Origin: Candidatus Omnitrophota bacterium
GTDB taxonomy: Bacteria; Omnitrophota; Omnitrophia; Omnitrophales; Aquincolibacteriaceae
Assembly: GCA_030698625.1 (NCBI GenBank)
Contig: JAUYMS010000034.1
Location: forward strand, 2,835-66,834
Direction: 5' to 3'
DNA length: 64,000 nt
This document shows, one piece after another, positions 1 to 12,800 of this stretch; the first letter of the stretch is position 1; the number at the start of each line of letters is the position of its first letter. Under the pieces are notes generated by a model. That model worked only from the letters and a program-made list of their open reading frames with translations. It was not told the DNA's origin and made no database searches. A program made the translations under genes and the position numbers.

Positions 1-870
1 CAATCTCATAAATTTATTCGTCTTTCGGTTGATCTCCTGGGCTATCATTTCTGGTTCAAATTGGTTACCGGGATCATTCCATGCTGTTGCATCATAGCTG
101 AAATCGTTGTGCCGGGCATTGAGAATTAAAATATTGACGTTTTCAATGCCTCCCGGAGCAGATCCTGTGAACCCAGCCTTTGACCATTCCGAAAGCAAAT
201 TTGTCGGATTAGACGGCGGGCCAAAATCACTTATGACGACAGGTTTTTTACTTGGATCGATACAAGATACCGACCCATTCGTATTGCAACCCGGGATTTG
301 ATTGGCTCGTGTCTCTATAATTTCATTAGGCGCTGTTCCCCAGACATTGATAATACGTTTGAGGTTAGGGTTGTCAATATGATCATTCCAATTCACATTG
401 GGTCCTTCGTAATTGATCACCGTTTGGACATCAAAATAACTTCCGTCATCCCGAGTCTTTTCTAAAGCACCCAAAAGCGGAGCAAAAAATCCAGAATGCG
501 CAAAGGCAATCCCCTTATCCAAAATGCCTTTAGCCTTCTCAAAATCAAGCAGCTTCTTTTTCACTTCTTCTATCAGGTCATTGCCGCCTAAGGCGTTCGC
601 TAATATCGGTAAAACGGACGGTGTAATTCCTAATGCTGCCGTCTTTAAAAGTTCGCTCGCGCTGCTTAGTTTGAAAATAAAGTCTTGAGCCCAATCCAAT
701 ATATTTCCCACGAGTCCCGTTGTCTCATACATAGGAACCAGTAAGGTCTTAGCAATATTGATAATAAAATCTTTAGTCGCTAGATCGCTCACAAACGACG
801 GCATCAGCTTATCCGGCGTGTTTTCAGGAACAATTTCATTGTTGAACCCGTTGCCAAAAACGAATTTTGA
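1..870 (-). other. Gene A domain: alpha/beta-hydrolase (lipase-like) C-terminal domain
   Basis: Motifs in fold order: FVFGNGFNN (oxyanion-loop-like), IAFAHSGF (Ser 493-495), VINYEGP, IINVWG, SDFGP, ARHNDFSY (His 109-111). Confidence 0.6.
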
Positions 871-3800
871 AGTATCAGTGGGCGCTGCAACAGTCGTGCT
901 TGCCCCGGGGCGGACTTCAGCGCTGGCGTATGCGACCTTGCCATCAAGTATATTGAACTTGAAGAAAAGATTATCAAAAAGAGTAGGCCTTTGCGGGTCA
1001 AAATCATCAGGAATTTTGATGACAACCGGCGAAGGATTGATTTCCACATCTCCCTGAAAGATTCGACCATCCTCAGTCATCCAAGGCTTCTGATCCTCGG
1101 GACCTTTGACTGTTATTATTGGCGTCCCTTCTATGCCGTAACTCCACCCGGTAAGTTTTCCGTTATCAAAGGTTTGGTTTAGGACTGCTCCCCCACCCAC
1201 AGCAGTTTCATAAGTTAGTTTTTGATAATAAATGCCACCTCCTTCGTCTTGACCTAATCCAGTAATACGGGCGCTTCCGCCAACGCCAAAGGATTCTGTG
1301 GCTTCTCCTGTTTGGGTATTGTAATCAATCCGGCTTGAGCCATTCTGCCAGGTCCAGATGTCCCCATTTTGCGTCACAGTAGCTCCCTTTAATCCTACTT
1401 CATCTTGATAAATTCCTTCTTGAGTCTGACGGCTGAAAATAGATGAGAAAGCGCTCACTGCTTTTTTAAACCCCTGCACCGTGACATTGCCAACCCCTTC
1501 GACCACTTTTTGACCAAAGGAAACGACATTTCCAACAACATTGGCAATCCCTCGTCCGAATTTTTGCAATCCTTCCCCGATCTTCGAGAGAATGCTCTGT
1601 CCCTTGGCTTGAATATCACCCGGGCCCCCACCTCCCGAAGAACCACCTGCTAGGCCAGACGCAATGGAGCCAAGGAAGTTACTGATGAAATTTGTAGCGA
1701 TTGGCGGCGCTCCAAGAGCATCAAGTCCTATGGCCGCACCTACTGAAACAAGGCCCCCCAAGGTTTGGCCACTGGTTAAAGCATCCTTTATCGAATTGAA
1801 GACACTTCCGGCACCAGTTCCATTTGTAAGGCCATTCATCAGACCGCCGACCGAAGCCATCACGGGGATCCCGATGAGTGCTGTAATGCGCCAATCAAGA
1901 CCGAGGGCGTTGCCGGCGGCGGTGACGCCGGCGGAGGCTAGGTCCATCGTAAGATGTGGAAGAGCTGTTTGGAGGCTGGTGAGACCGGCTGCGATGGATT
2001 CGCCGCCGCCGCTAAAACCGCCTCCGAAGGCGGCGAGGCCGGCTGCGCCGATGCTGATCAAATTCGTAGCGAGAGGCGGAAGGCTTGTGTGTAGGTTGAG
2101 CATCTCGGAGGTTCCACCGGACACAAACCCTAAGCTGGCAGCGACGCCAAGGGGGTTGCCGGTCGCGAGGAGACCGATCCCCATCGCAATTTTTCCACCG
2201 GCGATGATTGTGCGGCTGAGTTTAGGTGAAACACCGACTGCTTCCAGCAGGGATCCGGCACCCTGCAGCTCAAGACCGATTAGTGCGAGGTTGAAGCCAG
2301 CGCTGCCAACAAATCCCGAAAGCGCTCCTCCGATAAGCGGAATGCCGTTCAGGAAACCCTGGACAGGTGCCAGGAGAGTTGCGTTGAGGGTTCCCAAAGC
2401 GCTGGCGAGGCCGTATCCAAATTCGATGATTCCGCCGATCACTCCGCCGGCGATCTGTCCAAGACCCGTGAGCACGCCGGCGAAAAGCCCTTGGAGGCCG
2501 GCAAGGAAGTTACCCGTGAAGAGGCCGCCGAAGAAACTGCCGAAGCCTGAGAGGATGGAACCAACGCCTGATATGAGTCCGGTAAGAACAGTGCCGATTG
2601 CTGCAATGGTGGCGCTTACTGCGGCCATGACGGCCTGTGAGATGGCAATGAATGCGATTACAAGCAGCGTGAAGAAGGCGCCGCGCACCGACATTTCTTT
2701 TTCGATGGTGAGCGCGGCGTAAGAGGCCGGATCCGCCTCCGCAGGCGGCGGCCTTTGACTTAACGCATAACCAAAACCTTTGTCGGGGTCGCTCGGGTCA
2801 ACCCAAATCGCGACGAATTCTTCTTTCGTCATCGTGACTTGGTCGAGAGCCTGTTGGGCGCCCGCGCCCGGATCAATATAGGAGATCTCGTCGTCGGTGA
2901 CGCGGGTCACAATGATGTAGTGATTACCGTTGACGTGTGCAACCAGGCGGAAGTCACAGGTGTCGGGATCAGGAGCACAGGTATCGTCGTAAATAGCTTT
3001 AAGCGCATCGTAGTTCAGCGCAAAGGACTGCGTCTCAAGGCCGTAATGTGCGGCAACAGTGCGCAATGCAAACATCGAGATCACCAGGTCGTCTTTCTCG
3101 AGCGGTGTGATCGTGCCGGTCAGGATGTCGATCAGGATAAGGCGGGAAGCGAGTTCGACGCGCTCGAACTCTAGGCCCGCGCGCGCGAGCATCGCCTCGA
3201 TGGCCAGATAGGCGGACTGTCCGAAGTGAAGCGAGCGGGTACGCACCCAGTCGAGCGCAGCGTTTGCTTCAGCGGCGGACAAGTCGACAACTTGTTCGGG
3301 GAGTAAACCCAAGGCCTCGGCATAAGCCAGTTTTTCGGTGTCGCTGAGCAGGAGATAAGTTAAGAGCTCGGTTTCTACATTATTCTTAATGGTCTGAACC
3401 TCAGCGGTGCGATCTAAGAGTTCCTGCGAAGTCAGCAGGCTCTGCTTCAGTGCTTCGAGATCAAACAGGCCGGTTTCGAAATCAGCGGTGGCGATTACGG
3501 CGGCGTATTCCGCCTGTGAAGGATCGCGGCCCATGATCTTGCGGTACCAGTGGTAGACAACCGGCGTGATTTCCTGCTGTAGGATGTTGCGGCGGGCAAT
3601 CTGGTTCTCGGCCTCAATTTCGGCAAATGAGGCCTCGGCTTCGCTTAGAATTTGCTGCGAGGCTTCGGCCACCTGTGCCGCGAGCTGTTCGAGGGCTGCG
3701 GCCCGCTGGGCGGCAAGCGCTTCGAGTGCCCCGTTCACCTGATCGAGCCCGACCTGAATCTGCGACAGGGCATTCCCTAAAGTACTCTTCCCCTGTTTGC

Positions 3801-6800
3801 CGCGCACTTCGATCGAAGCAATCTCGCCGTGCTGCGCTTCGAGCTTGTCGCGAATCGCCAGCAGACGATCGCGCGCCACGACATACTGACCTTCGAGGGT
3901 CTGACTCAGTACCTGTTCGCGTTCGGCCACGCGCGCGAGTGCCTCTTCACGCTCCACCGCGATTTCGGCACGCAGCCGCAGCACCGCGGAATCAAGCCGC
4001 CGCCGCGCCCCGCCCATTTCAATACGGATGGGGTTGCCGTCGGCGTCGTAGGAATAAACCACGAGTTGTTCGCCGTTACCGGCAAGCACCCGATCGATCC
4101 GGCCTTCGTGGTAGGTCTCCAAAACACCCTCGGCATACCTGCGCGTGACCAGTTCGCCGTCAAGCGCGTACTCGCTCTCAATCGGCAGTGTGCCCGGCAA
4201 TCCGAAGTCCTGCCACACGGTAAGAATCTGGTCCTGCCATAGTTTCTCGGCCTCGGCTTGGTGAAACTCGGCCGATTCATTGGGGTTTACGAGATGCCCG
4301 TTTTCGGTGACCAGCCCGACCATATGACCGGCCGCGCCGGTCACCGCATAAGGATTGCCGTCCCTGAATTCGGTGACTGTACCGTCATTGTGAAATACTG
4401 TGGCGTCGAGAAGTATGGACGCGCCGGTTTCGTCTGCTTCGGCGGCATCGAAACTAATCAGTGTGCCGTCGGCGAGCCGCAGGTTCGTAAGCGTGCCGTC
4501 TTCATAGCCGGCCTCTTCACCCTCGGGTCCGGTAAAACCCGTGAGTGTGATCCGATGCACTTCTTCGCCAGCCGGATTATCCACCAGGCTCACCGAAGGC
4601 ACATCCACCGTAAAGGTGGATCCGTCGGGAAGCTCGACAGTCTCGGTCACAGCAACCGTGACGACATCACGGGCCGTTTCGAAACTGTGCGCATAGCGAA
4701 ACCCTTCCGGCGTGATATGAGAAAGGATATTGCCGTCCTCACCGTACTCTTCGCGCACCCCCTGTTCGGTCGTGATGACGCGGTTACCGCCGTCATTGGT
4801 GCTGTGTTCGAAGGTCTGGCGGACGCGGCCTTTGTACACAATGGAAGAACGCAGGAGTGCGCCGTCTTCACCGTACTCATAAACCGTATCCACGCCGGTG
4901 GCCGCGGTGCGTGAGATCAGGCGTTCGGCAAGGTAGCGTTCCGCGAGACCGGTGTCGGGGTCATAAACCACCGTGATTTCTTCGCCGGCATCATTGAATT
5001 CGTAGGAGTATTCAAGTGGGCTTTCGCCGGCACGCGACATTGCGCGCACACGGCCATAGGCAAGGTCGAGTGTTTCAGCGGTGCCATCCTCGCGGGTCAC
5101 GGTCTGCGTCTGGTCGTCAAACTCGATCACGGTGCCGTCGGGCAAGCGGCTCCGGCTCACGCGGCCTGCTTCCATTTGCGAGACGGTGCCGTACAGGGTT
5201 TCAAATTCCTCGGCCTCACCGGCCGTGTCAAAATCAATGCGGGTTTCGGCCGTCAGTAAGCGGCCCCAATCGAAATCCACCTCGCCGTTGGCTTCACTCA
5301 GGCCCAGGTATTGGGCAAGCGTTTCATTGCGGTCGGAGTAGACTTCGGCCAATAAGTCTTCTTGCGTAAGCATACGGTCGAGCCAGTCTTTGACCGCAGG
5401 CGGGCGCGGCGCCGCAAAAGTCACGTTGTCGACATATAAGGGAATGCCGGGGTTTTCACCGGCGGGTTCGAAGGTGATGCGGAGTTCGTCGGCATCGGAT
5501 TTGCCTGCGTCCATCGGCAGGTAATGGTCGGCCCACTCCATGCCGACCGCGTCAATTGTCCACTCCTGGTAGGACTCGGGCTCAGCGGGATCACCGAGCG
5601 TCACTTTCACGCGGCCCTCGGCCGCCCCCACCGGCTGCGCGGCACGGACACTTACGTGCAGGTAATCGTAGAGCGAGCTCTTTACAGAACTGCTCGCGGC
5701 CTGAATACCGCCGATTGCCATGACGCTCGCAGGCAGGAAACCCGATCCGGTGCCGAGTTGCACCCGCCACTCGGTGTCACCCTCGGTATAGAGCACGCGG
5801 TCGGGAATAGCATCGCCGTTTACGTCCGTAAGCTCCGCGACTTTTCTGACATAGGCCGGCGACCGGCCGCCGCCGTTATAGGAGCGAAAATTGCGGTCGT
5901 CCTGGGTAATAGCGGTTTCGCGCGTGCCCGTGCCCTCGATACCGCTCCAGGCTACGGGGTTAGCAAAGCTCGAGCCCGTGTTGACCTCGACCCACCAGGT
6001 GTCGTGCGTGCCGCCGTCATTGGCATCCACACTCACACGGTCGGGCAGGCCGTCGCCGGTGACATCCATAATATCGATAAGGACATTGCGCGGCTCGTCC
6101 CAACCGAGGAAGGCGCGCACACCGACTGCCGCCACCCCGCCGACTCCGGGCAGGGCACGCACGCTATTGTCCCAGAGCACGGCAGGCTCAAACCCTTTAC
6201 CGTTATTAAACTGCACATACCATTCCTGGACCGCACCGGCATCACCGAGGAAGCTTTCCTTCACGAGCACGCGGTCGAGGCGGCCGTCTCCGTCCATGTC
6301 GACCAAGTCGGAGACGTCAGCAACTAACTCCCCTTGCGCCGTGCTCTGCCGTTCGTACCACGAGAGTGACCCGGCAATTTCAGGGTCATTGTGAAAAGTC
6401 ATATCGACACCGGTCCACAAGATGGCACTGTCGAAACCGTCGCCTGTATTGTGTTGGTAGAACCAGTGGCTGAACGGCTGCACCGCAGGCCTGACAATGC
6501 GATCGGCAAGGCCGTCACCATCGATGTCGACGAGGTCACTCAAAAGCTCCTGCACATCTTTGCCGTCGTCACGCACCTCGAGCGCATAGGCCGCCTGAAA
6601 GCTCCACTGACTCGCGGGCTGAGCGTTCTCCGCCCACACTTCGAGCGGATCAAAACCGCTCCCGTTGTTGTATTGCACGTACCAGGTCTGCTCGCCTAAG
6701 AACTTCTGCACCACGCGGTCGGGCAGGCCGTCTCCGTTCATGTCGGCGAGGTCGCCGAGCACATGCGGGTGCCGGCCTTCGAAGAAACGCAGAGCGCCCA

Positions 6801-9800
6801 TCGTATGGGCATTGCAGCAGACTTCATTGCCGTAATCCTGGTCCACACCGGTCCAGCGCACGGGGCTGTCAAAGCCGTTGCCGTTGTTGTACTGAATCCA
6901 CCAAAACCCCATATTGGCGGTCACATCGATAAAGACGTGGTCTTTCAAGCCATCGCCGTTCATGTCGATGAGGTCGGCCGTCTGGGCAGGCAGGTTATCG
7001 TGCACATCCATCGTATGATTGCGGCCGATATAACCGAAACTGTTGACCGGGTTATTGAGAGAGACGCCGGTCCACTCCGGATCGTATTCCCCCGCAAATT
7101 CATACACGGTTTCGCGATCAGTGTCGCTCACGAGTTTTGAGACGAGCAGTGTCGTGCCGCCGTCGAGTTCGGATGAGACGGCAAGCGGGTCGGCGAGTGC
7201 GTCATGCGCCGGGCGTGCCAGCAGAATCTCAGAGAGTTCGGGATCGGTCAGCGGTTCGGGGCGTTCGTAAGACGGGTCCAGAAAGTGAAGCAAATATTGT
7301 GTGTCACCGTCGCGCTCATACTCTTCGACGCCAGGCGTAAAACCGGTGTTCCAACGTGCCGTCCGAGAAACACGGAACTCATCCATTCGCCCCTGCATGG
7401 AATAGGCGCCGCCGTGAAGACCGCCGACACTCAAACCGCCGCTCGCACCGCTCACGTTGCGGGCAAACTCTACAGCCGCGCCGATTTGTGCGCCATCGAC
7501 AAAAGCCTTCAACTGGCCGCTCTGTCTGACAAGTGCAATGTGATACCAGCGATTGACTTGAGGGGCCCAGGTAAAATTCCGGACGCTTCCGTCTATCCAC
7601 ACTTCGAGCGATTGTCCTGCCGCGGCCGCAGCCCTCATGCCGGTGCCGCCCGAACTCCCGAGTTGAAAGAAGCCGACCGAAGATTCGCCAGGAAAATTAT
7701 CGGACTGCATCCAGAAGTCGACCGTGAAATCCCCTGTTCCGATGAGCCAGGATGCTGGTTCAGGCACCGACAGAATATCCCCGCCCGCGTTGAAGCGCAT
7801 TGAGGCATGCCCGGTCTTAAAATTGTTGGTATCGATGGTGCTTGTGCCCTGCATGGAATAGCTGTCGTCACGCGGCGCAACACCGAGCACGGCCGTGGCC
7901 GGATCAAGTAGATAAGGCACGAGGGAGTGACTCGTGCCGCCGTCAAAAGTGCGTATAAGCTGCATGCCGGCGAGAGAGCCGTCGGCAGCGTCTTCATAAG
8001 AAAGATCATAACGACGGCCTTCGATTTCTACACCGCTGACGCGCCCTTCCGCGTAGAGCACTGCCGTGCCGTCGGCACGCACGGTCTTGGTGAGAACTCC
8101 CTGTTCGATCGTCTGCTGTGTCGCATCGGCAAAGGTGAGGGTACCTGATAAAATGCCTTCCGCATCGAAGCCGGGATTTTCGACCTCACCAAAGCGGGTA
8201 TAGAGCTGCGAAACTTCACCGTCGGTCATTTCGGCATGAACACCGTCTGTTAGAACGCGCAGAAGCGTGCCGGCCGGCGTGTAGGCGCGGAAGGCATGCT
8301 CTCCTTTAAATTGAATCTCCTGAAGTCCGCCGGCCTCGCCGCGCAGGTAAGACACTGTCTGCTCGCTTGCATCCGGCAGCACAATGCGCTCGGCCATGCC
8401 TTCGCGTCCATAATAAATTTGAGCACCGTCGCTTGTGGTCAAGCGGACCAAAGTTCCATTTTCATAAACCTTCACGATGCCGTCGGATGTTTCTTCTGTC
8501 ACCGTCGCCACCGCACCATTATCGAAGCCGATCGTGTGCAGACGCGACCCGTCGGGGAACAGGATCTCGCTGATTGCACCGCCGCCATAAACAACGTGCG
8601 TGCCGTCGCGAAAATGCCACTCGCGCAGAAGGGCTTGATCGTTGGCGAAGTCATAGATCTTGCCGTCTACGGTTTCAAAACCCGTCATCACACCGTTCTC
8701 GATGGTTTGCTTGATCCCCTCCTTTGTCTCGATAATGCCGCTGATAATATTGCCGTCTTCATCCAACTCGAAATTGCTCAATTGGTTTCCTCCGACAGTC
8801 TCGAGCAGCAAGTCCACCACGGCCTCGTCGTTCAGCATGCCGTCGCCGTCGGTGTCTTCGGCCAAGCGCCGCACCGTGCCGCCGCTCGTGACAATCGACT
8901 CGAGAAAACCGGAATCATCGTAGACAAAGTCTGTGCCGTCGCGGTTAACGGTGAGCCCCTTCATGAAGGACAACTCCTCCGCATAGGAGTAGCCGGCCGT
9001 TTCCGCACCGGTTTCATCCAACGCCCGAAGTACTCTGCCGTCGTCGAACTCAATTACCGAGCCGTCTTCCAGGACCGTTTTCAATACACTGCCGTCGGCG
9101 GCATAATCCGCCGCGGTCATGCTCTTGGCTTCAGGAGCACTCGAGACGGCCCGGTCGAGGCTCAGGGTGTAACCGTTTTCTGCAGCAATGCGGTTGTAGA
9201 TAAAGTGGGCGCCGGCGGCGTCCTCGACTTCACGCATGATTCCGAGCTTATCGTATTTGACGGAGTCGCCGGCCGCCGTAAAGATGCGTGTCGCGGCTAT
9301 TTCGGTTTGCGAAAGCTTCTCCACTGAGTGGTATTCCGTGATATCGGCCAGGATCTCGCGCACGACGAATGCCGCGGGAGTAAAATCCATAATGCCGCCG
9401 TCTGCGGCGATGCGCCTGAGCAGAGCCCCCTCGCGGATCACATCCAAAGAGCGGTCGGGGTACCGAATTAAAGCATCCACAATCTCGTTATTTTCGTTCA
9501 GCGTAAAATCCGTGATGCGTATACCGGTTTCCGTGCGCATTTCAACCAGCTGACCCGCCGCATAAAAGGCTTCGATGCCGTCTTCAAGTGTCAGGCGCAG
9601 GGCCTCGTCCTCGTTCAGCGCTGAAGCCTCCGGCAACGTAAGCGTTTCTACCAAACTGCCTCCGGCAGCCAGGCGCCTGACCACGCCGGTCGTGTCGTCA
9701 TAGTGAATCTCACGCCCATCGGCGTACCGATAAAACGCCGTGCTGCCGTCGGCGCGGTAAATCACCTCATCGCCGGCCGGCGTGATTTCGCGCACAAGAA

Positions 9801-12800
9801 CATCACTTTTGTAATAGAGTTCCGTTCCGTCGGCCAGCATGAAGACTTCATCCGGCGACTCCTTCTGCCGCACGATGATCTTATCGACGTAAAGATTCCT
9901 GTCGCCGTTGGTGCAGCAGTAGTCATTTGTGAAGGCAACGGCGAATTTGCGGTTACCGGCAACGAGCTCCACATCAAAAAGATAAGAATTCCATGATGTG
10001 ACAGCCACCGGATCAGGACCGGCAATCGTTTGGTTGTCGATCTTCAGCGACATGAGCGGCCAAACACCGCCACCCTGCTGGCCCCTCGCAATGACTTCGA
10101 TTTCGTATCCGCTCGTCTCCGGTATGTTACGCGTGGCATAAACCTCACCATTCGACCAAACATTCCAACCACCCGAAGCCGGTCCGCCCGTGGTCTTCCC
10201 CATATTCTCAGCCTCTAAAGTGAGGAGGAAGGGGTAGGGAGCGGACACAACGTCCGCTCCCGAGGGGGTGTACGTGGGATCGTCGGTGAGATAAAGAGAG
10301 TCGAGAAATGTGCCGTCCTCACGCTGATAAATACGGATCGTGTGCTCCCCCGCTGAAAGCACGGGTTTAAATAGACCGGCACTCCTGTCCTTGACCTGAG
10401 CCCATTCCCATGCGGTATGCGTTCCCGTGTCCCAAAGCTGAACGGGTCCGTTGTCGATCTGCACATAGAAGCTGTCGTCATCACCGCTCGGGCTCAGCGT
10501 GCGTCCCCAGAGGTAATAGGTGCCGTCCCACGGTACGGTGGTGTTGAACGTGACACTCTTATTGATGTCGGGGCTCTTAAGAAACACCCCGCCGTTCGCA
10601 ACGCCGATGTAACTGCCTGCGCTGGCATACCAGTCTTCGTAGACGGCGAAAGGACTCGCAATCGATGCGGCATTCTCGGCTTCAAGGACAATCGGCACTT
10701 CGGCTTCAATGGGCTCATAGGCCACCGCGAAAGATGCCGTCGTCTCGTTGCCGGCCGCGTCCGTCTCCGTCACCGTCAATGTGTTTGAGCCCTCGGTCAG
10801 CGTGAAATCCTTCGCTTTATCCGCGCCGTCGGCCGTATAGGTCAGCGTATAGGCCGCACGCACTGACGTTTGAGCTGAGGTAAATACAATCGCCGGCGCC
10901 GTTGAGTCGAACGTGGTCTCGACCACCACAGCCGTGCTTTCGTTTCCGCTGTCGTCTCTGGCCGTGATCGAAAAGGAGTAGAGCTTTTCTTCCGTGAGGG
11001 TCACGGCGTACGACCATGTCGTGCCTGCACTAACGGCCACAGCCTCCGCGCCGTTGATCCAAATGCCGGTGCCGGCGGCTTTGGTGCCCGCGAGGGTGAC
11101 TGTGCCGGCGTTGGTGAATGTCGGAATGTCCTCCACGGTAGGCGGCGCAATCGTTGTCACTAAATCCACTGTCACACTGCCGGTCAAAACCGTTTCATTG
11201 CCGGCCGCGTCTACTTCATCGATTCTGAGTTCGTTAATCCCCTGCACTAGATTCTCAAAGGCCTTTGTCTTGGAGATGCCGTCAACCGTATATTCCACAG
11301 TCAACGAATCTATGGTAATGACAGGGGCAGGGCCTCCCAAGCCATCGCCGGAAGCCACGGATTGAATCTCTTCGGCTGAGAGTCCGCGCTCAAAGACCCG
11401 AACATCATCCATCAGGCCGCGGAAATAATAGCTCGAAGGGCGGTCGACCCATCCGTTCAGATTGTCGTAGCCGATCCGCCAATACCCCGGGTAGTTTTCC
11501 GCCGTCTTCACCGCCGCGTTTTCAGCTGCCAAAGTGCCGTCCATGTATAACTGCATCCCGTCCGCAGAAAGAGTTGCCGCCACGTGATGCCAGGCGCCAT
11601 CATTGTAGGAATTTACAGTCTTAATCGTTTTGACGGTGCCCGGGTAGACCCCGAAATAGAGCTGGCCGGCATTGTTCATGTAAATGTGCCGGTCATAGCT
11701 AGTACTTGTGCCCGTCTGTGATCTGCCGAACCCTATCAGCTTCCCGCCCGTCGCAGAGCCTGTCTTAAACCAAAGCGAAAGACTGAATTCACTTGGATTC
11801 GTAAATGCGGTTGTAGTCGAAACATAATCATTGATGCCGTCAAAATTCAAGCTGCCGCTGTTCGGGAGGATCACATTGGGATGGTCAGGGTTTGAAGCGG
11901 GCCCGTTCATCAATTGCCCGTCATTACCCGAACCCGACTGATCCGTCACCGTGCCTCCGCTCACATCATCAAAACTCCAATATCCGGTCTGACCTTCGAG
12001 CGAGGTTGTTCCCTGGAAGAATACTGAGTCCGTCACAATCTTGGGCGCGATCGTATCCAGGACCACGGTGTAACTCACCGTAGTCGTGTTGCCGGCGGCA
12101 TCCGTGCCCGTCGCCGTCAACGGATTCGCGCCCTCGACTAAGGTGTACGACTTTGTCTTAGCCGCCCCATCCACCGTATAAATCAACATATAATTCGCGT
12201 CATTCGTCAATGCGGCTGAGGTGATTGCAACGACCGGCGCGGTTTGATCGAGTGTCGTCTCGACCACCACAGCCGTGCTTTCGTTTCCGCTGTCGTCTCT
12301 GGCCGCGATCGAAAAGGAGTAGAGCTTTTCTTCCGTGAGGGTTAGGGTGTGTGACCAGGTCGTGGCCGTACTGACGGCTTCGGCCTCGGCTCCGTTAATC
12401 CAAATGCCGGTGCCGGCGGCTTTGGTGCCCGCGAGGGTGACGGTGCCGGCGTTGGTGAATTCAGGAACAACCTCCACCGTAGGAGGAACGACTGCCGGTG
12501 CCGCATTAAGAACGCGCACAGAAAAATTGTCGAACACCCTCCCATAGACATCCGCATAGATGCCGACTTTGCCGGTAAGATACGGGGCGGTATCTTCGAA
12601 TTCCGTTTTCAGGACATCATCAAAATAAACCTTGAAGTGTCCTCCCTCGACACTCGCTGTGATTTTGTGCCAGGCCGCTGAAACCGTACCGACCGAGAAA
12701 GAATGGATGGCGGCCACGCCGTCCGGGACTGATTTTTGGATCGTTCCCCGGCCCCACTCATCCACCGTCACATAATAATATTGGCGTGCGTCCGTGTACC

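Noticed and set aside
7740-7775. Internal VPEP (LSVPEPASW) in gene A
   Set aside because: It lies inside a LamG domain with no following TM helix or basic tail, so it is not a PEP-CTERM signal.
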